64,000 nucleotides of DNA, taken from Massalongia carnosa. Its lineage: Eukaryota. Both the position numbers and the translations under genes were made by a program. Numbering within the stretch: position 1 is the stretch's first letter; the number at the start of each line of letters is the position of its first letter. The notes under the pieces were generated by a model. That model did no database searches. It saw nothing but the letters and a program-made list of their open reading frames with translations, and was not told the DNA's origin. Positions 60,921 to 64,000 of this stretch are shown piece by piece. The DNA is taken from assembly GCA_965645245.1 (NCBI GenBank), contig OZ287071.1:744001-808000 (forward strand), given 5' to 3'.

Positions 60921-63410
60921 ATCGTCGGCTCGCTTAGCTCCGTGGATCCGACTAAAATGCGAAAGCATTTTAGTCGGGGAAAGCGGTGCATCCAGCCAAA
61001 ATCATCAAATTTTCATCTTTTTCACCTTTTACCCTCAATCATCTGAATAACTACCTTGATTATTGACGATTTAATCACCTCATATTGATAAGTATAGCCT
61101 TCCCAGCATTTATTCCTAAAATAACTAGTTATTTCATCGGATTGTCGCATATTCAGCTTTTCTATACGTCCTCAATCATCCTTTTTATCCATCATTCTTA
61201 ACCCACTCCATGGATAGTAACGCCCCCATTCTCAATCCCATGGAGGAAGCGAAGCAATTTCTGAAGACAAATCCCAAAGAAACCAAGATGACTGCATCTA
61301 GACTTTTCAACGTCAACGTTAAAACGTTGACTTCTTCCATTCGTCGTTGTTCGGGAGTGAAAAATGGAGGACAAAATCAGATATTGAGAGATCATGAAAC
61401 AAAGGCTATCAATGGTTTTATTCAATCTTTGTTGGTGCATGGAATTCCACCTACGCATCGAATCGTTTTTAATGCCGTTGTAAGCTTGAAAAAGCTCATA
61501 ATCCCCTCGATGTAGGGCCGTCAAGACGATGGTTTCGGGATTGGTGGAAGCGTAGCAATTTGCATAAAATCAAGACAAAACCATTGTCCATGATCCGATT
61601 TGAAGCCGCTCAGGAATCGGATGTGACCAGATGGTTTGCTGATTATAGGCATGCATTGAAAACACTGAATATTCGAAAAAGACGAAATATTCTGAATTTT
61701 GATGAAGCTGGCTTCCGCATTGGGTGCATGAGGGGACAGGAAATTCTTGTTCCCATGGAAATTAAACAATTCTACGCGGTCAGCCCGGAAAACCGTAGAT
61801 CGGCGACGATTATCGAGACAATCAATGCTGCCGGCGACTATCCCCTCCCTCCAATGGTCATCATACAAGGTCATGACATCATGGCCATATGGTTTTCGGA
61901 TGATCTGCCACAGGGCACGCATATCGTGCCTTCGGACAGTGGATTTACATCTGATAAGATAGCAGTTGAATATCTGAAGCATCTTATCAAGAATTCAGAT
62001 GCAGGACCGAATGCGGATTGGAAATTGTTGCTTATGGATAATCACGGCAGTCATATTACTCCTGAATTTGTTGCTTTGGCCAATGAAAATCATATTCGTC
62101 CTTATCCACTAATTCCGCATTTAACCCACTGTATGCAGCCATTGGATGTGGTGGTATTTCAACCCTATAAGCATTGGCATAATGTGGCTATTCAAGAGAC
62201 TATATCGGAGTCATTTATTGAGTATTCCCTGACGCAATTCCTGAAGGATTTGGTCAAAATCAGGAATAATACCTTCAAACCATCCACTATTCGACATGCC
62301 TTTGAAAAGTCGGGCATGTGGCCTGTTAATCCAAAAGCATGCATTCAACAGCTGAAAACATTCAATCCCAACAATCCAAACAATCTGACTGAGATTCTGA
62401 CCGAGACGAATAATGATAATCAGCTCCCATTACCCCCCCTACCTCGTCAAATCCAACCAAGGGAAATAGCCGACATAGAATATGGATTGGATCATCAATG
62501 GGGACCAAAAATTCAGGAATCTATGCAATGGAGTGACCCCATTCGGGCTGAGGAATTTGACTCATTCGTTATCAATGCAAAAGAAGTTATTTCGAACTCG
62601 ATTCTCAAGGAAACGGAGCTGAAAATGTGGCAACAGACACGAATGCAACAGTTAAACAGTAGAAAATTTTCTCGCAAACGACTGAGACCTGAATCAGGAA
62701 AATTGGGACTGACTAAGGAAGATGCGGAGCATGCCTTAACCATGAAGCTACAACACGAAAAAAAGGCTGAAAAGAAACGAGTGGACAATAAGTTTATGAA
62801 GATATGGAGAATGGAAAGAGACGAAATTCACGTCAAGGGAATGGCTGCTCGAAAAGCAGAAAGGGATCGAGTCAAACTATTAAAAGAAATGACCAAAACC
62901 CTCAATCCCATACCAATTGAGTTATATGAAGCAATTTCTGACCCCGAGGCCTTATGGAAAGCGACGAATGAGGTGTGGATAGCTGAGGAAGCGAAGAAAG
63001 AAGCCAGAAAAAATCCACGTGTCAATGCTACGATTGATGAGGAAGACCGCGATTGTAGTAGATGAAGAATCATGGGTGCAGAGAGATTTCGGGGGCTCCA
63101 TCGAGATGCAAAGTGATTTCGTATCTTTCATGGATGAAGAGGATGAGGAGAATGCGGGGTATGGGGGGAACCGGAAGAATCGGGGGGATCGAAGGGATCA
63201 GGGGGGTCGAGGGGATGATTTTGATGATGGTTATGATGATGACACTGTTTTTCAAGCTTTGTATGACGTTAGCTAATGATTAACCCAGATGATTGAGGGT
63301 AAACGGTGAAAAAGATGAAAATTTGATGATTTTGGCTGGATGCACCGCTTTCCCCGACTAAAATGCGAAAGCATTTTAGTCGGATCCACGGAGCTAAGCG
63401 AGCCGACGAT
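60921..63410 (+). mobile_element. Fot1/pogo-type (Tc1/mariner superfamily) DNA transposon, 2490 bp, 125-bp TIRs, TA target-site duplication
   Basis: TIRs at 60921-61045 and 63286-63410 match at 120 of 125 positions. TA flanks at 60919-20 and 63411-12. Internal DD35D transposase. Confidence 0.96.
61210..63276 (+). pseudogene. Fot1/pogo DDE_1 transposase broken by two apparent frameshifts
   Basis: HTH-like N-terminal ORF 61210-61515 continues in another frame after an A5 run at 61489-93 (..SLKK/AHNPLDVGPSRRWFRDWWKR..). Catalytic residues NFDEAGF, LLMDNHGSH, QPLDVVVF (35 aa between D2 and D3). The acidic tail resumes in another frame near 63046. Confidence 0.85.
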
Positions 63411-63735
63411 TAATATTACTCTCTGTATCTGTACTATACTTACAGAGAGTCAAAAGGCGAACGTAGATGGCGGAAAAGGCTCGTGCAAGGTAAGACCACG
63501 CGAGTAATCTTTGGATCCACTAATTGTAAACACGTCAAGTGCCTGAACCGTACGGAGAAAATTTCAGGACATTACGAAATCGGTCGATGGTGAGCCCGAA
63601 CACGATCAAGCCACACTTCCTCGAGTCAGGTCAGCTCGGCTGCGTTAAAGAGTACGGCAGTTTAAGCTGATGGACTTTCAACTCCTAATTTCAGATTCCT
63701 GATTTCCTAATTTTTAATTCCTAATTCTAATTCCT

Positions 63736-63798
63736 GATTCCCGATTCCCGATTCCCGATTCCCGATTCCCGATTCCCGATTCCCGATTCCCGATTCCC
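63736..63798. repeat. Heptamer microsatellite (GATTCCC)9 with a degenerate AT-rich 5' extension from about 63686
   Basis: Nine perfect units counted, preceded by aattcct/aattct/gattcct variants. Confidence 0.92.
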
Positions 63799-64000
63799 GA
63801 ATGCTGATTCCTCTTCTTATCGCCCACGGACGGCATTCTCTCCCCGTATCCGCCTTACACCCAAGGGTCCCGTGGATTCCAGGTAGAGTTATTAAAGTCT
63901 CGAAAACTCTTCCACCGAAGATCTTGAAAGCCTCCTCCAAGTTTCTAACATTACCACCTTGACCTTAGAGCTAAGGCGGTCAGTCTACATCCCACCACCC

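Noticed and set aside
61480..61515. Possible GTAAGC..TAG intron repairing the transposase frameshift
   Set aside because: Only 36 nt, no good branch site, and removing it (3n) does not reach the downstream frame.
1..64000. tRNA, rRNA or snoRNA genes
   Set aside because: No cloverleaf or convincing box motifs found by eye. tRNAscan-SE and Infernal are needed to exclude them, especially in the three introns longer than 300 nt.

Overview
Gene-dense, intron-containing DNA from a filamentous ascomycete (Pezizomycotina-type introns with GT..CTRAY..YAG; the genus cannot be determined from sequence alone). About 19 protein-coding genes are supported: two ABCC transporters (one truncated by the window edge, one YOR1-like), CAF-1 subunit CAC2, PAM16, a PIL1/LSP1 eisosome protein, a GH36 Sip1-type glycosidase, a CYT-18-type mitochondrial TyrRS, MSH6, a glutaminyl cyclase, MRPS8, a GPI wall protein, a SAM+HMG-box protein and several hypotheticals. 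There is also one complete but frameshifted Fot1/pogo (DD35D) DNA transposon at 60921-63410. No tRNA, rRNA or CRISPR array was seen. Most notable non-gene structure: (1) the transposon's 125-bp TIRs each contain a 13-bp GCGAAAGC-capped hairpin whose loop is flipped in one TIR relative to the other; (2) a 371-nt intron whose two splice junctions sit inside a 7-bp direct repeat, suggesting recent intron gain; (3) recurrent C-rich-to-G-rich skew inversion islands regardless of gene orientation; (4) a strongly over-represented intergenic motif TACTCYGTAC; (5) four MCB boxes upstream of MSH6. All exon boundaries were read by eye and need RNA-seq confirmation.
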